A DNA stretch of 63,782 bases, the filler included, from Collodictyon triciliatum (lineage: Eukaryota), in NCBI GenBank assembly GCA_043381765.1. It is 12 parts of 12 records of this genome, joined end to end, with 100 filler letters (N's around TTAATTAATTAA, not from the genome) between each part and the next. Parts side by side here need not be neighbours in the genome. Positions count along the whole stretch, not along the records: positions 1 to 5,755 come from JBHJMP010004967.1; positions 5,856 to 11,610 come from JBHJMP010004968.1; positions 11,711 to 17,464 come from JBHJMP010004969.1; 9 more parts are not named here. One strand, 5' to 3'. A program made the translations under genes and the position numbers. The notes beneath the pieces were generated by a model, which was not told the DNA's origin, did not search any database, and worked only from the letters and a program-made list of their open reading frames with translations. How positions within the stretch are numbered: the first letter of the stretch is position 1; every line of letters begins with the position of its first letter. Shown here in pieces: positions 1 to 14,257 of the stretch.

Positions 1-66
<66 letters not shown>

Positions 67-1039
67 CTTATCTTTTAAATGCATCCCGCTTATATTATCG
101 TTGAAGTCTTCGTTAGTTCTGTTTGACATGGCTTTTGTTTAGGATGCCTTCTAGCGTATGCCCCGATCGCCCGGCGCTCTGGGACACTATCGCGTGTATT
201 TCTGTTTGGGTGTGAAGCAATTGGTGTGACAGATCGCGATGCAGCGCAGTAAATTATATTCCAGAAGTAGATTTTCTATGGAAAACGCCTAATATGTCAT
301 TGGTCAAATATTTATCCTTATGTGGATATGATGGCATCCATTCATTTCTGGAAAATATTATAATATGACCTCAATAGAACTCTGGGGGCTCAAATACACT
401 GACTTCAAATTATTAGTACATAAGGAATGTAAATTTAAGAAATGTGCGTCAAAAGAATAATCATCTGCCCTGAGATGGCTGCTGATCTGCAATCAGGCTT
501 GTTTGATATTGATGCGGGGCAATCAAATCTCACCCTATTGGCTCCAGCTGGCCTTCTGTGATCAGCAAGTCTTGGGAGAGCCTCATGTGGCTTGTGCACT
601 TTTCGTTTCTTTCGTTATTTTTTTGTGTGTCTATTTCTTTCTTTCTTCATTAGTGGACATTACCACTGCATTGTCGTTTGTAATTGTACCATAGAGCGGT
701 TGGAATGCCAGAGGGCGCCATCAAGCGAGATCCAAACCGCTTTGCCACTGAGCCATTCATTTTCAATGTCTGCACTTGACAACAGATGTTTTTATTTCTT
801 CATTCAACTTATGTATGTGGTATTGAGTAGTCTGAATTGTTATTTTCTCTGGAGGAGCGCTAATATAGAGGCACTTAACAGTACTTAAATAGTATTGCAC
901 ACAGCCTTTGCAATATTTTTTTTTCAACACAGCCTTTACAATATAACCTCACCATCTATCCACCCTAGCGCGAGAATCCCACGGAGAGCAAAACAAGCGT
1001 TCAGACAATCGTGGTGAATTACGGCTCGGATGATTTCGA

Positions 1040-1505
1040 CCAGTCATCTCTGAGGCTGTCTTGAATCCGGTAGCTAGGGACAATTATGAATATCGCTTGT
1101 CTCAGAAAGTTGTACGCTTTTCTCCATGAACGATTCAAAGTCAAGAAGTTGGATCATAAAAAGGGGCGGATAAAATTTGTATGATAGGTAGCACAGGCAG
1201 GAACCCTATATTAGAAGGGTAAAGACACTAATGGAAAAGGTCAGTGATAGCAAGTTGGTCGGGCAAGCGACCCGGCTAGTTGGTTGGTTGTGTGAGTAGT
1301 TAGGGTTGAATGAAGTATGGAAGACACGGTGCCATATCCCTCTTCACTTTTGGTCTCAATAGCTACGGATGTGTACGTGGTTCAGAATGCTGTTTAAGAG
1401 GCTGCATTGCACAAGGCTTCGCAGCCTGAATAGATTGATTTTCCCTGCCAGCCGAGTTGTTAGGGGATGTCTCAGAGCAGATCTCAACATTTCGATCAGC
1501 CATGG
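1040..1505 (-). mobile_element. Degenerate 3' fragment of an L1/Tx1-like LINE ORF2
   Basis: Minus-strand translation KINLFRLRSLVQCSLLNSILNHVHIRSY*DQK*RGIW aligns by eye with EINVSRLESLAQYSFLNSLLKHARILLYSDRKRREMW at ~57415-57530. Nucleotides ccgaccaacttgctatcactgac match ctgaccagctcgctatcactgat (~57608). In-frame stops present; boundaries approximate. Confidence 0.6.
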
Positions 1506-1786
1506 ATTGATTCAAGTCTCATACATCCTTTTCGGAGGGAAAAACAAAGCCACCATGCCCGTGTTGATGAATAAGTTGAACGGAGAATGATATATTTTGT
1601 CCTGCATCATTAAATTCGAATGGCATCAATCTAATGGGATAAGAGGCGACAAAAGGACATGAATGTCTCCTTTAAAAGAAGTGTTCTGGCTGTGGCGTCA
1701 CAAGCGGTTCAAAGCCTAAAATAACTTTATTCTTTTCTCTCTCTCTTTTTCACCTCTGGAATCTCTCTGCGGAGATTGCGATCTGG

Positions 1787-2708
1787 CTACTTCGAACCTG
1801 GGTGTACCAATGAACTAGCTTGTGAGTCAGAGCGCAGCTCGTTGTGGCGTTTTGCACGCTCCTTGTAGTCGGTCCTAATGTGCTCCGGGAGCTCTCTCCA
1901 CATTCTATGGATATGTGGATATATATATCATATTATCACAATGTGTGCTACTTCGTAAATAATCCGAGAGGCCAGTAATAAGATTCAAAGAGATGTATGA
2001 GGATTATATTGTCCTTTTGTGATTACACGCTTACCGCCCCAATTGTATAGCGAGCTCGTTCGTTGTTTGGAAGCTGTTCACGGCCAAAGCGTGTCTTCGG
2101 TTTTCACTTGAAAAGAGCATGAATCCGTTTAAAGCTCGTGGCTTCTTGTACCGCTTTTTTCTTGGCTCGGATTTTTTCGGCGCTGCTGGTTGAGGTTCTG
2201 GGGGAGTCCTTTCTTTGGAATGAGCCTTGGAGTCGACTTTGACGGTATGGTGTGCACCATCCTTTAAATCTTGCTCATCGTGGCGCTGGAGCTGGCTCTC
2301 TTTGGGAGGCACGAACTGGTGTGGGTCTCTTCCATGGTCGGGCGGCTGTGGGGTTGTATGTATATCGGGAAGAAAAAGGGTGGACGGAGTAAAAGGCGTC
2401 GAAGGAGGAATGCCGTGTTCTAAGCACACATCCTGGGTAGTTATTGGTGCAGATTCGACATGGAGAGGCTGCTCAGTCAGCATGCGAAAGAAGGCATACT
2501 GAGTGTTTTGTGATTGTGATTGTGATTGTGATTGTAGTTGTATGTACGGTTGTGATTGTGATTGTGATTGTGATTGTGATTGTGATTGTGATTGTAAATG
2601 CGATTGCTGAATCCCTGTGGGACACGCGAACGCTCGAGGGTGTGGGTAGGATATTTGATGGTGCATCATACTCTGCGGTTGTATTGAGAGGGCAAATGGG
2701 TGTTGCAT
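1787..2708 (-). CDS. HMG-box DNA-binding protein (2 exons: 2708-2035, 1904-1787)
   Basis: KKPRALNGFMLFSSENRRHALAVNSFQTTNELAIQLGR|MWRELPEHIRTDYKERAK is an HMG-box pattern once a GTAAGC..ATAG intron is removed. N-terminal Q/S-rich region partly encoded by a (CAATCA)n repeat. Confidence 0.8.
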
Positions 2709-5669
2709 GACGATGTAGGCATTTTGCGGTATCTTTGTGAAAAGGGAGGAGAATTAGCAAGGGTTTGTTAGTGGGGGGGGAAAAAAACACATTCTCCACG
2801 CGGGGCAGAATAAGGGGTTATTGAGCGGGCGGATGTGGGAGATTGAGTGCAGTGACTGTGCCCTTGACCAACGACTATTGAGTTATGGACGAAATTTGGA
2901 TTCAATGAGCGGCTTTTGTCTAAATGAAGACAAATTGGACCACAAACAGGATATCTTCTTAAAGAAACAGAGATCTAGATCTATTCCTTATATGTGTGAA
3001 ATAGTCCATAAACGGTGCAATTGGATCTCAGTTCGAGCCGTGCGATTGGGTTTGTGTGTCGGGGTGGGGACACAACAGGCCAACAAAAGCGACAGAAAAG
3101 AGAAGGAATCGGAAATGTTTGAATCCTTGCAACCCTAACGCGACATAGAAGCCAGGCAGCCAGAAAAGAAAAGAACGAAAGACGAAAGAAAGGATGGACG
3201 AATTTGGATAAAAATAGATTCGCAAGGAAATGTGGAATGGCAATTGAAAACGTGGTGGTGACAGAAAGACCTGCCCGACAAAACGCATGACAGAAAGCGC
3301 AATGCCGTGACACACCCACACCGGGCAGACACAAAAGAAAGGAAATATAAAAGCACACCAAAGCCTTTTCCTTTCCAATGAATTGCTCTCCCCTATCTTT
3401 CTCTCTCCCTCTCAACCACGACTTGTTCCGCCTTTTGCCACTTGGTTGACGAGGCTTTTGTCTGGCAATGAATCAGACGAGAGGGTTGCAAGGCAATAAA
3501 CCGTGTGGGTAGAAGCTGGTAACGCAACGCAGGAGAGGAAAGAAAGAAAAGAAAAAGGAAAGGCGCGTGAGAAACTTACATGGACCGCCCACAGCAACTG
3601 CGCAGCTGGCTGGGAGTGTGTTGAGGCAAAGGCCAGCGGGGCTGTCTGACGTGGCTGTCCGGCTCGTTGGCTGGGCTCTCTGGTGTCGCCTGCTTCCCTT
3701 TCCATAGGCTGTGTCCTTGCGTGTGAAGTATCTGTGGGAGAGTTGTTTAGAAGCTTGGAGATATTTTCTCTTCTCTCTTCTCTGTCCCTCCCACTTTTTG
3801 TCCCCCTTCTTGCTCTCCTTTTTTCTTCTTTCCCCTAGTTTCCCTTTTCCTTTTTTTTTTTCTTTCCTTTCGCTCTTTTTTTCTCTCTCCAACACCCTCG
3901 CTCTTTTCTCTCTGTTATTGAGTTCCGTTTCTCTGCTCAAGTGGCCCACTTTTGCTGCTCTGCAGCCTCGTTCTTTTTCTGTCCTTTTTTTTCTTCTGGA
4001 TCTGCACTTGATCGCGCCTCCGATCATCACCTCTTTCCCCTTCTTCTCTGAGGGGCTGTTGTTTCTGCCTTCTCTCATGTTCTTGCGGGCTTTTGTGCAG
4101 AGAGGCGCCCCGAACTGATGGAGGTTCTTGTTGAGGCCTTAGTGCAGATTCACTTTTGAGGCCCTGGCTCCATCGTCTCTTACTTCCTTCCTTCTTTCCT
4201 TTCGCATTGTGTTCCTTCCTTTGAAAATGCTCCGGTGTAAATCAGTGTGTTTGCGATTGAATCAACCCTCTTCTGCGTTTGCTCTCCCTGTGACTAATTT
4301 TCTGGGGTGGGAGGCTATTGGATGCTTTTCTCTCATCTTTTCATCGGCTGTGTTTGCGAGATTGAATTGCATGGAATCAAAACGGATACTAAATGCATTC
4401 ATACATGTAAAGCTCAGATGAGAAGGCCACGCAGCAGATGCATGAATTCCTCGTCCTCTTTTTCGATCCGCGATACCATCACAGCCCACAGAGGTTTGAT
4501 GCATGGCCTTGGACGCATCCTCCCAGGCTCTGTCGACTGAAAGGGGCAGCCATTGGTAATGATTCGTTCTCCAATCACAATCAAACTCTTTCCTTCTTGT
4601 TCGTTTCTTCCATGTAGAATCCCTTTCTTTCTTTTTCTTCTTTTTCTCTCTCGATCCTCCTGCTTGGCTATCATCATACTGGACCGAGAGATGACATTGT
4701 GCGGCATTAGGGCACATAAGAACAACCACCTCCCGGGAAGAGATTCATATGCTCTCTCCGCTGTTGCATGTGCTGAATCCGGGTGACGTGGCATTTTCCA
4801 TCGAATCATCAGCTCAGGCGCTGTTGCTGAAGCAGAAAAAGAAAAGAGAATGCCAAACCAGGGGGTGTTGACTGACTCGCCCTTGGGTTTACGCGTCTCT
4901 CTCTATCTTTCTCTCTCTCTTCCCCGAATGCGTGTGTGATCGCCAGAGCCCCCGCAGGCCGAGATGCGGACAGTCTCTCGCTGGCGCGTGGATGTCTTTG
5001 GCTTCAGTCCGGCCGGTCTTGCGATCACAGGGCTTTGCTTTCTCAAAACGGGGCATCACGTTATCATCAATCCAGCCATGAGTTTCGCCAGTTGTGAACG
5101 GGACAGCAATTCTCGCCTCATGCTGATGTCCACTAAACATTTTGCATTTTTCTTCATGCAATTCAGACTCTGCTCTGGCTTTTACTTATGGCCGCCGCGG
5201 CATTGGTAGTGTAGTGAGCATTCAACTTTTTGACGATTGAATTTGTTTCGAGAGTAGACAGAAAGAAGAAGAAAAAAAACAAAACAAATTGATTCCTTTG
5301 ATTGCAATTTGTGTTATTTCGTCATCATATCTCAACTTGGCTGTGTGATGAGTGCATGAATCCTTCGTAGGAAAATATAAATTTTTTTTTCTTGTCATTG
5401 GCTTCGGATTGATTCGCGACATAGCTGATCACAACTTCGTGAAAGCTATTAATAAAGTATGATTGATTATGGGTGCCTTCGTTTCTGTAGTTATGGACAT
5501 CGCACCTTATCATTCATATATATTCTTTGTTATACAAAACACGGACGGACATCCGTGAAAGCTCGAGCACCGGAGAGGTAATCAAGCAAACAACAGGCCA
5601 GTTACGAAGCTCTCATGCATTCACTCCCTCACATACCAGGAGAGGTGCGTAAATCGATATCATTTCTCT

Positions 5670-5717
<48 letters not shown>

Positions 5718-5755
5718 TTTTTTTTTTTTTTTTTTATTTTGTATTTTTTTATTTT

Positions 5756-5855
5756 NNNNNNNNNNNNNNNNNNNNNNNNNNNNNNNNNNNNNNNNNNNNT
5801 TAATTAATTAANNNNNNNNNNNNNNNNNNNNNNNNNNNNNNNNNNNNNNNNNNNN
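5756..5855. other. Artificial contig spacer N44-TTAATTAATTAA-N44 (first of 11)
   Basis: Identical 100-bp spacer with stops in all six frames also at 11611, 17465, 23319, 29173, 35026, 40932, 44768, 50621, 56471 and 62321. Confidence 0.98.
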
Positions 5856-6004
5856 TTTGCTTTTTGCTTTTTGCTTTTTGCTTTTTGCTTTTTGCTTTTT
5901 GCTTTTTGCTTTTTGCTTTTTGCTTTTTGCTTTTTGCTTTTTGCTTTTTGCTTTTTGTTTTTGCTTTTTGTTTTTTGCTTTTTGTTTTTTGCTTTTTGCT
6001 TTTT
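5856..6004. repeat. (TTTTTGC)n simple repeat at contig start
   Basis: About 20 heptamer copies read directly. Confidence 0.95.
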
Positions 6005-6623
6005 AGTTGTCGCTTTTTAGTTGTCTCTGGTGCCGTGTCCATCATTTATTTCCTCAGAACCAAACAACTCCCAATTAATCCGCTCAGTGTGCCACCGAAT
6101 TCATCGCACGCTGGTTGAGCAGTTCAACTACGCTTTGGTGTGGGTAAGAGCCTCTCTATTCCTTTAGCTTTCTCACCTGAAGAGGGAGAAAAGAAGAAAC
6201 CTCCCACTGTTGCTATATCCACATGTGTGTGTGACGAGTACGTAATGGAATTGTGATGCGGTCCAGGGCACTTCGACAAAACATCAGCCGCAGCGCGTGG
6301 GAATCGGGCACGTATTGGAGGATGAGGATGTTGTGCAAATCATGAAGAAGGTCTAGGCCTCCAAATCGCATCCTCGCACAGGCACACAAATGTGTCTTCC
6401 CTTGAAATAAACCCTGCCTCAATCAAAAGAGACTTGTAGCCCGCGCATGAGAACCATGATGCACAAAATGGAAAGCATGCTTCTAGGAATATAAAACGTG
6501 TGTGATAGGGTGACAGAGGATGATAAATGAGGTCAGGAGACTATGGGATTGCAGTATCCGAGTATTGTAGGTTGTTTATGGCTGATGAGTAAAAGTGCTT
6601 TGCTGATTCCTGGTGTGATGTCC

Positions 6624-9600
6624 TTAGTTGATTGCCGATGCGATGAATTGGCATACATCTTCGTCTTGTGATCGGATTTTGAGCTCCATGTTGACACCCT
6701 GTTTAGGCGAGCAGCCGGTTGATTCGTTGGTTAATTTATTGTGGCGCATCGATGTGATGATTGATGATTGATGATTGATGATTGATGATTGATGATTGAT
6801 GATTGATGATTGTTGATTGTTGATTGATGATTGATGATTGATGATTGATGATTGATGATTGATGATTGATGATTGATGATTGATGATTGATGATTGATGA
6901 TTGATGATTGATGATTGATGATTGTTGATTGTTGATTGTTGATTGAAAACCTGCGAAGTGTCTACAACCAGACGGCATTGCGCCAGTGTTGGGACAGAGC
7001 CAAGGAACACCCCAGAGAGAAGGAGGGTGTGCTGTGTCTTTCCTTCTTTAGCCTAAGCATCGACAGAGTAACAGGAATCATAATAATTGTGCACGTGAGA
7101 TTTGTGATTTAGCATCCACAAGGCAGCGGTATATTATTGATATTGGCGTCTGACGGATTGAAGTTGTGCGGGCTGCGAATGTAATTCAAACCTCATCGCT
7201 CTTGTCACATGGATGCATCCCAAGGTTGTCGACGATGGCCTTGACAGCGGCTGTATTCACACACATACATGAGATTTAGCATATGTTGCGCCTCATTTTC
7301 TGCTTTCTGCTTCATTTATTACTATGTTCACTAGCTAGTTTTTTTCTTTTTCTTTTTTCTCCCCTTTCACGATGGGGTAGTTCTTACCAGGGATGCTTCG
7401 GATGGACGACAGACTGAATGATTCTGACGTTTGGGGACACCCTTGCATCTTGTCCCAGATGGAGTTGAACTCGCGGACTGGAGTTTTGTTGATGTAGTCC
7501 GCCACAGACACTTCAAACTCTTCCATCTACATCGACCGAATCTTTCAGTTACCGTCCCATCAAAGATCAAAATTGTGGCAATAGGGAATGTGCGTGCAAC
7601 CAAAAATCACAGCAACGGAAAAGCTAGCAGAAGAACAAAGAAGCTACGAGAAGTGACAAACGAACAAAGAGAAAAAAGAGAACAAAAAGAAAAAGAGAAA
7701 AAGGGAAAAAGGGAAAAAGGGAAAAAAGGGAAAAAGGGAAAAAGGGGGAAAAGGAAAAAGGAAAAAGGAAAAAGGAAAAAGGAAAAAGGAAAAAGGAAAA
7801 AGGAAAAAGGAAAAAGGGAAAAAGGGAAAAAGGGGAAAAGGGGAAAAGGGGGAAAAAGAAAAAGAAAAAAGAAAAAGAAAAAGAAAAAAGAAAAAGAAAA
7901 AGAAAAAGAAAAGAAAAAAAGAAAACCTGGTAGTCATCTTCGTATCCATCATCCAAAGGCTGATTGGTATCCGGCTCCACTTCTTTGGTCACGAAGCTCA
8001 TGGTGGTGCTGAAACTACCTAAAGCAAAGCGCGACAGTCTCCGCACGCACACATAAGTGATTCCAGGTGCAGAGTATACCAGCGTCGGAATCGGCACAAT
8101 GCTCTCAATTTGGAAATCTGTGAGTAAGTGAAGGATTCAGATTTTCAGTATTGGAATCGCACAGGCTTCTGTTGTATAGCGTAGTAGTATATACTTATTC
8201 ATGCTTGAATACTATGAGATGGATAAATATGAACTAGAATGATGATAATAAAACGACGTAAAATTATGAAAAAAAAATAATAATTGCATAATTGAATATT
8301 GTGTGCATCTTAACCAATGAAGTGGGAATCAACATTTGTGAGTTTACACATGTGCATGAGTATACCTTCAGCGCAACCAACTTTCACGCGCACGTTCTCC
8401 AACATGACGGTGTTCAGTGTGTTTGTGACATTGAACTGGAACACAACGTGGTTTGGGAAGAAATGTTTCACGCAATTGACAACGTATTCTGTCTCTGACT
8501 CGGTTAGCTCGACCGGGCGTGTTGAGTGGCACAGTTTACCGAGTCCAGCAAACTGAGGAATGGAACGAAGCTGCGCCCCATATATGTCTGAGCTGGATTC
8601 GGCCTTCTTCTCTTGTGCTACGGCAGCCGCAGGGGCAAACCCAGTCGCGGTGGCTGATAATCGTGATTGTTTAGAAAATTGGTGCTGATTGGTTGAAATT
8701 ATATCAAGTATAATGGTGTGGATATTTTCGGCAGTTTGCGTCTGGTTGGTAATCAGGGAAAGACCATAACATCGATATTCTCTTACTCTTCTTTTCTGAG
8801 ACAACAACAGGTGCCTCAACGCCGATGGTGGCCGCCATATTAAATGGAGTGGCTGATGGTTTTTTGGCATACTCGATCAACTTTGCTTCCATGGCATGGA
8901 AATTGTACGGCAGTTCTAGTCAAAGATATTGCGGTGATTCTCGGAGAATGCCATATATAGAACTCAAAAATTACAATCTTCAGATATCTGAAATCAAAGA
9001 ATTTGTAGCAGTTTCTTCTTTTTCTATTTTAAAGATCTGACTCACTCGTCACGGAAATCTCCATGGCCTCTCCTAATTCTTTTTCCATCACATGCAAATA
9101 GAAACAGGCACGGTCTCGGACTTCATCGTCAGAGTCAAACAGACAGCTATTCCATTCGAAGATTAGCACATGGTGGTTAATTTACCAAAGAGGTTGGTGG
9201 CTTTGTTTTCATGAGACAAGAGCCATACAAAACAATAATAAAAAAAAAAAATTAAACTTCAAAGATAATCATGTTGGTTACCGCTTCAACAGAATGATAA
9301 TCTGAGGGCGCAGGTTCGAGTCAATAATTCCGAACTTGGCTAGAGCCGCGACAGCAGAGGCGCGAACTGTAGCATTTTCTAGGAGAACACGGTTGTATAT
9401 GAAGCGAATGAATTTTGCGGGATTTGGGGTGGTAGGTCCTTCTTCGCCGATGAGATGAAGAATCTTTGTTAAAAGTTGGGAGAATTCACAATCCTCGATG
9501 AACTCGCATAAATGAAGGAGTCCTGTCATGGAAAGCGGGTTGAATGTTACTTCGATGCTTCGATCCATAAATTACTTTAGATAGACTGCATGTCATTGTA

Positions 9601-11392
9601 TCATTCAGTGGCAGTACCCCTTGTTTGTGAAGAATACATGTGAGATGCTTTTCAACATTGAAAAGTAAATATGTTGACAAGAACCTGCATCTTTGCTTTC
9701 AGGAATATCTTTCATAATGCTGAGAACTGTGTCGACGATAGTTTTCTTGTACTCGTAGCTAGAGTAAAGATAAACCCGGGAGAAAAGAGGGAGAATGGGC
9801 CAGTCCCATGATTAATTATATAAAGTTTGCCATATATTACCGATTATAATCCTAATGCATCATCTTGTTCTAAAATACGAACCCTCCTTCCTCGCGTAGG
9901 ATGGTAGACAGAAAATTCATGAAAGATCTGTGTTTGTGAGGGAACTTAAGGCAGAGGGACTTGATGGCATCGACAACCACAATCTTAAACTCGTCTGCAA
10001 TTTCAGACATAAAGGATGAGATTTGTCTAGTGAGTCTGTCAACATTCCCTTCGTTTCCTGTCTAAGTGTTTGATAATACAGAAGATCATTATGATTCCGT
10101 GCATTCAAAAGTATGTGTATAGGATGTGATTTAAGACATATGACGAAATGAAACAATATGGTAATCGCCAGGATAAATGTTTAGATGGACATGGGAGTGA
10201 AGAATTGTATCACCTTCAAAAGAGTCGTGATTGCTAGTGTTGCTATGTTTCTGTTTGTGTCTGTGACGAGACCTTCCATGTCAATGTTACACGCAGCAAC
10301 TGACTGAGGATGTGCAACAGCAACCTGGTTTTGTGAATGACAAGATTTTATTTCAGTGATGACTTTTAACGAAAGTGCTCATGACATGGTATGCGATGCA
10401 CAAAGGATATGTGCTGTATGAGGTTGTTTTGAGAAGAGTTTTGTATAGCAACCTTGTTGAGGGTACGAAGAGCAGCAAAGCGTATGGTAGGGCGTGGGGA
10501 ACTCAAGAACATCTGAAGAACTGAATGAGATTTATCCGAGTTATTATGCACTCATTTTGATTTTACACGCGACCCGTGGAATTATGCATGTGAGACCATA
10601 AATATATATCTTTATATAAAATAAATAAAAAAATAAAATAAAAAAAAGGAGACCAATAACAAAAAGATGGCAGAAAGATGACGGATAGATAATCGAGTCC
10701 AATAATTATGCATACCAGTGATTGCAGGAGTCAAGTCACGAGAAGACAGATTCTTGAGTCCGCAAAGTGCGCGAGCGGCTTCATATGTGACCATTTCATT
10801 CTTATTGCGAAGGCAGCTCTCGAGATACTCGTAATATGAGCGATCGCTTGTGGTAAGGGGGAAAACTCGTTTATTCGATCCCCATGAAATCGGTATATTT
10901 GTGTGCTATTTTCTAAAATGATAGGAATTCCTTCCAGGGCTTACGCATTGGGGTCTTCCTCGATGACACGCGCTGCCAGCCGAATGAGGATGCAATGAGA
11001 GTGGGCTGATCTGGGACCTGCTTTTGTGACCGAACTGACAAGTTTGGAAATGGCGAGTCTATCGCTCTGTTTGATGTGTGAAAGAAGGCCGATGGCATGA
11101 TACTGTCCCATTCCGGTTTTGGCGGAGCAGGCTTCGTTGATTTCGTTGGTCCATCTTTTGACCTGCACAAGCCGTTTGCAATTAGAAACAAAAAAAAACT
11201 ATTGAAAAAATAACAGGGATTCTACGTAGGGTTCAGTATTTGCTTTAGCGTTTAAAAGATATAGCTCACCACGTCTCCGGTGGGTCCATTCATCAAGTGA
11301 GTGGCTGAGACGAGTGCTGTACTAGAGACATATGGGTGCTTGTCGACGATTGCCTGCTTGAAATGTCTTTCCAATTGAGCAAGCATCGGTGC
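6624..11392 (-). CDS. COPG: Coatomer subunit gamma (multi-exon, 5'-truncated by contig end)
   Basis: Exons give [132 protein letters not shown] and the terminal [34 protein letters not shown]. All are diagnostic gamma-COP segments; the introns checked are GT-AG. Confidence 0.96.
6757..6945. repeat. (GATGATT)n repeat filling the last intron of gamma-COP
   Basis: About 26 heptamer copies. Confidence 0.93.
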
Positions 11393-11710
11393 CTGGGAGA
11401 TACAAGAAGGAGCGAGGAAGAATGGTGGAAATATTGTGAGTCTAGCATGTCAGTATTGCGCACACATTGTTTGTTCGTTTCTTTATTTTTGTTTTTGTTT
11501 TTGTTTTTGTTTTTGTTTTTATTTTTGTTTTTATTTTTGTTTTTATTTTTGTTTTTATTTTTGTTTTTATTTTTGTTTTTATTTTTGTTTTTATTTTTGT
11601 TTTTATTTTTNNNNNNNNNNNNNNNNNNNNNNNNNNNNNNNNNNNNNNNNNNNNTTAATTAATTAANNNNNNNNNNNNNNNNNNNNNNNNNNNNNNNNNN
11701 NNNNNNNNNN

Positions 11711-13435
11711 TAGGTAGAGAGCGAGCTGGTTGAAGGAGTGCGTTTGCAATCTGTCATATTTTGTTATTCTCTATGAATTTTGTGTCCCATAACTCAATTT
11801 AACCATTTTTTTATGTAAAAATACAATGTGTTGGTTGAATCGTACTTTTTTTTTTTTATAAATGCATATTAATAATTACTCTCGCTCTTGATTCGAAAGC
11901 TCACACTGGAGAATAGACGTATGCTGCTGTTCTTGTACGGAAATTCTCTCTTCGTAATCTCGTCTTAGATTGTCTAGCTCCTGATGATGTGAAAGGGAAA
12001 TATGGACAATTTTTGCTTCAAGAAGGCGTATAGTATCAGACATGAGGGCTATGGTCTCAGATTCGGTCTGGTTACGTTTTGCAGAGGTTTCCAATGAAGA
12101 AACCTATCACAGAGGCGAAAGCAATACAAATGAGTATATTGATGGTGCGCCAAATAATGGGAAATACAAGACAATAAAAGATATCTGCACACCAGGACAT
12201 GTTGAGTATTTTTCATGACCGAAATAATATTATAAAAGAATGAATCCATGATGCTTTTTTTAGACGATTTTGCGTCTTTTGTAAGCAATCGCAGCAATTT
12301 ATCAAAAACAAAGAAATCATCTTGCCTTCTTTTGAAGCATCATAAGCTCGTCATTACTTTCGAGAAGAGACTCCATGGATTCTTTGAGTTCTCTATTTAG
12401 CCGTTCATTTTCGTGCTTCAAGTCCTCCACGAGCAGCTCAAGTCCGCAGCACTTTGTTTCAAGTTCATGAATGGTCTCTACTTGATCCAAGCTCTCCTTT
12501 CTAAGGATTTGAAGTTCTTGGAGAAAAATACTCTGCATTGCTGAGAAGAGCACACAATCGAAAAGGATAAAAGAAAAGCATACATTGAGTTACATTCATA
12601 AATCATAGGACTAAATATGCAAACTTTAAAAAACTCTATTTTCAGATATTCCTAATTTTCTGTATGATGGAGTTTTTTTTTTTTTAATACTTATGCTAGA
12701 GACATGTCGCTGTTTTATCCAAAATGATGATGAAAAAACACATCACAAGATTTATGCAATGCAATCATACCTGTCGCCTGCACTCTACTCATGTCATCCT
12801 CAAAATCCATTGATACATGGCTCATATTTGCAAACTCCTCAAAACTCTTCCCCAAATCGGAGAGCTCCTCTTCGGACCGCACGTTTGCAATCAACAGCAT
12901 TTGGTTGACTGGCCTGATTTTTTTTTTTTAACATTTTAATAATACTATGGAATTAGGAAAACTTCATATCATCACGTAGAGATTCATGGATGTGGTGTAA
13001 TTCATAGATGCACCCAGCATTAGCCTAATGGCTTTAAACTTTCAACAAAGAAAATTAATTTAGACGAGATTAAGGCAACGTGAGCATTTTGTTTTATAAG
13101 GCATCCCAAGAAAGAAAAAGAACAGGTCATCTCTCCTGTCTATTAGCCACGCTAGCATTATGACATCTTAAGTGTGTCAACGAAAAAAATGCAATAAAAT
13201 ACTTTCAGGGGACACTTTACAAAATCTTTAAAGGTACTCATAAATGACAACAGATTTACTGCGTTCACTTCAAAACTCTGAGACTGAATTTCATCAATTG
13301 AATAAAGTGTCGGGCTGAAAATATTGAAAATATAGAGGCAGGGACATAAATATCAAAATGAAGTCGAGGGAATACTTACACGTTTTCCTTGTCGTGGGGT
13401 CGGATCGGGCTTTTCGAGGGAGTTGTTGACAGCAT
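11711..13435 (-). CDS. Hypothetical coiled-coil protein (multi-exon, 3'-truncated)
   Basis: Minus-strand exon-like ORFs (MLSTTPSKSPIRPHDKEN; EEELSDLGKSFEEF; ELQILRKESLDQVETIHELETK..LKHENERLNRELKE; ELDNLRRDYEERIS) with heptad composition, separated by AT-rich intron-like gaps. Confidence 0.6.
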
Positions 13436-14257
13436 CAGATTACGCTGCTGCGATGTGAAAAAAAAAAAGAAGGGAATAAATGTAAGAAAATAAAAGGAAT
13501 TGTCATGCGTGTGATAGAGCAGGAGGAACGAAACAACTCGTGCTGAACTCGTCTCACAAGCGCACAATTTTCACTTACTCGTCAAAGTTGTAGTAGAGAA
13601 GTCTGCAAGGCCCTTCCCTGCTGTCTGTAGCCATCTCAACTACACAGTTTGCGCGAAGCAGAGTCGCCATTAAGACCGCCAGCAGACGGAACGTGCGTCA
13701 CAGGTGTTGTCACCTGCGCTTGCGTATTCGTATGTTTAAATTTTCAAACTTTCAATTTCGATTTCTTTTAGACTTGTGCTATTGTGGAAAAAGGGTGGAG
13801 CGAGGCAGAACGCACCCGCGAGATAAGCAACGAGTGTGAGCTGCGTCACCGATCGCAACGCGCCAACGATCAAAAAGGAAAAGAAAAAACAAAAAGAAAA
13901 AACAGTACAAATACGAACGCACCTGAAAGCCGAGTAATGATGTTACTCGAGCACGAACCAAGAACCATTACCGAAAAGGAACGAGCACCGAGCATTCATT
14001 GTATACCTCATCTAGAGTCGAGTGGGACTGCGGCCATGGAAGCTGTAAGAACTCTCACCAGACTCCCTGCCCCTGCAAAAAGACGCATGGATGCTACCCT
14101 CATTTTCTCCTCTTAAGATATTCCGAATTGAAAGCCGCACACCCAACCTCTATCTTGCCCTCCTTACCTTGCTGCAACACTCTGGCAAAGAGCAAAACTC
14201 ACCGACGTCGTTGACCTCACCTCGAAACAGAACGTATTCAGAAGCATTCCAATCCCT

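Noticed and set aside
2981-5200. Multiple 100-200 aa ORFs on both strands
   Set aside because: Low-complexity purine/pyrimidine tracts with no recognisable domains or consistent exon structure.
5800-5811. Palindromic TTAATTAATTAA recurring every ~5.85 kb as a possible biological periodic element
   Set aside because: Always embedded in 44+44 Ns. It is a synthetic six-frame-stop contig linker, so gene adjacency across it is meaningless.
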